Shown: in pieces, positions 62,101 through 64,000 of the stretch | How positions within the stretch are numbered: position 1 is the first letter of the stretch | How the letters are laid out: every line of letters begins with the position of its first letter | Source of the DNA: Phoronis australis | Taxonomy: Eukaryota > Animalia > Phoronida | Assembly: GCA_002633005.1 (NCBI GenBank) | Contig: NMRA01000412.1 | Location: 76,614 to 140,613 of the forward strand | DNA: 64,000 nt | Reading direction: 5' to 3' | Made by a program: the position numbers and the translations under genes | The notes under the pieces: model-generated | The model's database searches: none | The model's input: only the letters and a program-made list of their open reading frames with translations | Told to the model about the DNA's origin: nothing

Positions 62101-63244
62101 GAAACCCAGGCAATAGGGGGATCCCACTTCTCATATTCGCATACGGCAACAGGCGTTGCACCCCGTTTTGGCCATTTACCACCGTGCTCCTTCCAAAACC
62201 CAGCCAGGGGAAACACTGTATGAGGTGTGTGTTCGAGTGAAAATCTTAATATTACAGGTTTAGCTACAATTGGGCCTTCAACCTATAAAACAAGCATCAG
62301 GTTAGGATCCAGGTTGTGCTGGGAATGATGCTGTTTATACGAGAAGAAAAATTTTTGTGAGAAAAAAATGGTGCATGGGAAAGGAAATACAGTTTGCGAG
62401 AAAAGATGATGTTAATGAAGAATGAACAAGGTTAATTAGAATTATGGTAGTCTGGTTTATGAAAAAGGGTGACAGACTAGCTTGAACAATGTGTATGACC
62501 ACCTGTATACTAACAGTGCTTAAACTCTGGGTTCATTTGTATCTACCTGGTCTTTTGTAGCGTCCCTCTCGTGCAATGTAGGCAAAAGTTTTCTGCCATG
62601 GATGTTCAACTCAAAGGAGATATCAAGAAGATTATTGAAGACAATGTGGAAAAATATGGGTAGGAGCTGAAGGCTTCACGTATACCACACGTTAAAAACA
62701 ATCGGACAAATTTTCGTTTCCTTCCATGGCGGCTGCTTCGTTCACTGAAAAAATGATAGATAATGAATCGTGTTTTGATGAAGTCTTTTAAATATTGCGT
62801 AGAAACGTTAGCTACTGTTAGGTTTCCTGTACATTTTCTGTTGACCATGATAGACTGCTACTGAGTGGCAGTGAATTTTAATTGCTCTCGACCATCATGA
62901 TGGAGAAGTCCGGGTCATTTTGTCAGATCACTTTTGGCATGTACTGTATTCCCTTGCAACACTATATATATTATGTTAATTGTTTAAAATATGAATAGAT
63001 ATATAATTCGTTGAATTTTAATCAAATAGATTACACTGTTAGAAAAAAGATTAGATTTCTAAAAATGTTATATGCTGTGTTGTCCAAATTCTGTTAAAGG
63101 GTATTTTTACTCCAATCTGTTTTGCTGTGCAGGTTTGATCTAAACGACGTCTTTCTTGCTTCGTTCAACGCTTCTTATGGGTTCAAGACACGTCTGTGTG
63201 CATATGATGTTGTACAGGCTTGTTCGGTGTTGTTGGAGTCAACG
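47128..63244 (+). CDS. CDC45: Cell division control protein 45 (CMG helicase subunit), spliced, 3'-truncated by window edge; exons 3-5 present twice in the assembly
   Basis: Spliced translation [54 protein letters not shown]...[15 protein letters not shown]...[17 protein letters not shown]...[26 protein letters not shown]...[13 protein letters not shown]...[27 protein letters not shown] matches recalled CDC45 motifs (DVDA, INCG, DSHRP, EFLADMG). Confidence 0.97.
49862..49921 (+). CDS. CDC45: CDC45 exon 2
   Basis: tttcag|...|gttagt; [20 protein letters not shown]. Confidence 0.95.
50947..51039 (+). CDS. CDC45: CDC45 exon 3 (copy A)
   Basis: ttccag|...|gtgagt; [31 protein letters not shown]. 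Confidence 0.9.
51611..51705 (+). CDS. CDC45: CDC45 exon 4 (copy A)
   Basis: tttcag|...|gtaatt; [31 protein letters not shown]. Confidence 0.9.
52379..52493 (+). CDS. CDC45: CDC45 exon 5 (copy A)
   Basis: tttcag|...|gtaagt; [38 protein letters not shown]. Confidence 0.9.
53040..55092. mobile_element. Non-autonomous DNA transposon, hAT-like, ~2.05 kb
   Basis: TIRs TAGGGCTCGAC / GTTGAGCCCTG; clustered subterminal TGCGA(C/G)CTG motifs at both ends (53064-53140, 54988-55068); absent from copy A (empty site CATGCTTAAGAT at ~50647); imperfect target duplication (CTTAT left, CTTAAGAT right); no transposase ORF. Confidence 0.85.
55406..55498 (+). CDS. CDC45: CDC45 exon 3 (copy B)
   Basis: Same sequence and splice sites as 50947-51039. 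Confidence 0.85.
56067..56161 (+). CDS. CDC45: CDC45 exon 4 (copy B)
   Basis: Same sequence and splice sites as 51611-51705. Confidence 0.85.
56833..56947 (+). CDS. CDC45: CDC45 exon 5 (copy B)
   Basis: Same sequence and splice sites as 52379-52493. Confidence 0.85.
57872..57993 (+). CDS. CDC45: CDC45 exon 6 (acidic loop, basic NLS-like stretch)
   Basis: actcag|...|gtgaga; [40 protein letters not shown]. Confidence 0.93.
58683..58793 (+). CDS. CDC45: CDC45 exon 7
   Basis: ttgtag|...|gttagt; [36 protein letters not shown]. Confidence 0.94.
60221..60331 (+). CDS. CDC45: CDC45 exon 8
   Basis: cttcag|...|gtaaat; [36 protein letters not shown]. Confidence 0.94.
60787..60978 (+). CDS. CDC45: CDC45 exon 9
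   Basis: ttccag|...|gtgagt; [35 protein letters not shown]...[10 protein letters not shown]. Confidence 0.95.
61234..61395. other. Assembly gap (162 N); further single Ns at 52971 and 62040
   Basis: Run of N in the sequence. Confidence 1.
61465..61552. repeat. Short tandem repeat, ~16-bp unit AAAAATGATCGCTAGT
   Basis: About 5 degenerate copies just after the assembly gap. Confidence 0.7.
62561..62659 (+). CDS. CDC45: CDC45 exon 10
   Basis: ttgtag|...|gtagga; [32 protein letters not shown]. Confidence 0.94.
63133..63244 (+). CDS. CDC45: CDC45 exon 11 (gene continues past window)
   Basis: gtgcag|...|gtaggt; [37 protein letters not shown]. Confidence 0.92.
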
Positions 63245-64000
63245 GTAGGTTGTCTACATAGTTAAATAAGTGTTTAAGTTCTTTTCAAAATTTGTCTGCC
63301 TTCATTCAAGTTCAAAAGATGTAAAATGAACCAATTTTTTAAAAAAAATTTTGGTAAACTGTTTGGTGTAAGAAATTTCACAGATTTTTGATATAAAGAG
63401 ACTTTGCCAACTTTTTTTGAAAATTCAACAAGAACTGTATGCTTAAACAAGATTCATGAACTTGAATGCCATACCAGTTTTGTAAAAATCGATAAAATAT
63501 TTCTCTACATTAAATTATGATAAAAATTGACGTTTCAATGGTTTTTGTCATCGTCTTGGAATTATGGTCCAAAATACAAATCTTAAGAGTTAACCTAAAT
63601 TTCCTCATTGAAGTCATCTGTAGTAATTAGCATTGTCGGCAAATTTCAGTAATCATTTCCATCATGTTTCCATTGCTTTGTAATATATTCTATAACCACA
63701 TGACACTAAACTAATGACCTGAAATTCCCCCCTCCCCCCCCCATCATATGGCTGAATACGAATGGAATTCACCGTCAGTACAGGGCTTGCGCTCACCTAA
63801 GGGGAAAGGTGCAGCATGAGCCTTCTGAGACGGTAATTTTTCAGGTGAGTTGAACCCCCGATCGCCACCAATTCAAGGGGCTGTGAGTTAAAAATGATTC
63901 TAAACTCTATGGTTTTTTAATTAGATGGATATTTTTGGGCCTGGTAATGGGAGTTTTGTGTCATTTAAAGTATTTTTTCAGAGGGAAATGGAGCTGATAA

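Overview
AT-rich, intron-rich animal genomic DNA; an invertebrate bilaterian, possibly a mollusc or other lophotrochozoan (inferred from repeat style only). Three housekeeping genes were rebuilt exon by exon, and splice phases close correctly across all junctions. (1) DEPDC5/IML1, the GATOR1 subunit, on + (33 exons, 521-33507; 5' end outside the window). (2) A complete UFD1 on - (11 coding exons, 46797-36802, 300 aa) containing a textbook U12 minor-spliceosome intron. (3) CDC45 on + (47128 to beyond the window), head-to-head with UFD1 across 330 bp, as in the human 22q11.2 UFD1/CDC45 pair. Main second-look items: a Helentron/HINE-type element between the converging DEPDC5 and UFD1 3' ends whose ~145-bp monomers each carry a CTCF-consensus motif; an in-frame duplication of CDC45 exons 3-5 joined at a single N (probably two haplotypes), one copy carrying a 2-kb hAT-like insertion; and several tandem duplications that straddle splice sites and create alternative or decoy exons. 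Most entries in the supplied ORF track are exon read-through into introns or chance ORFs.
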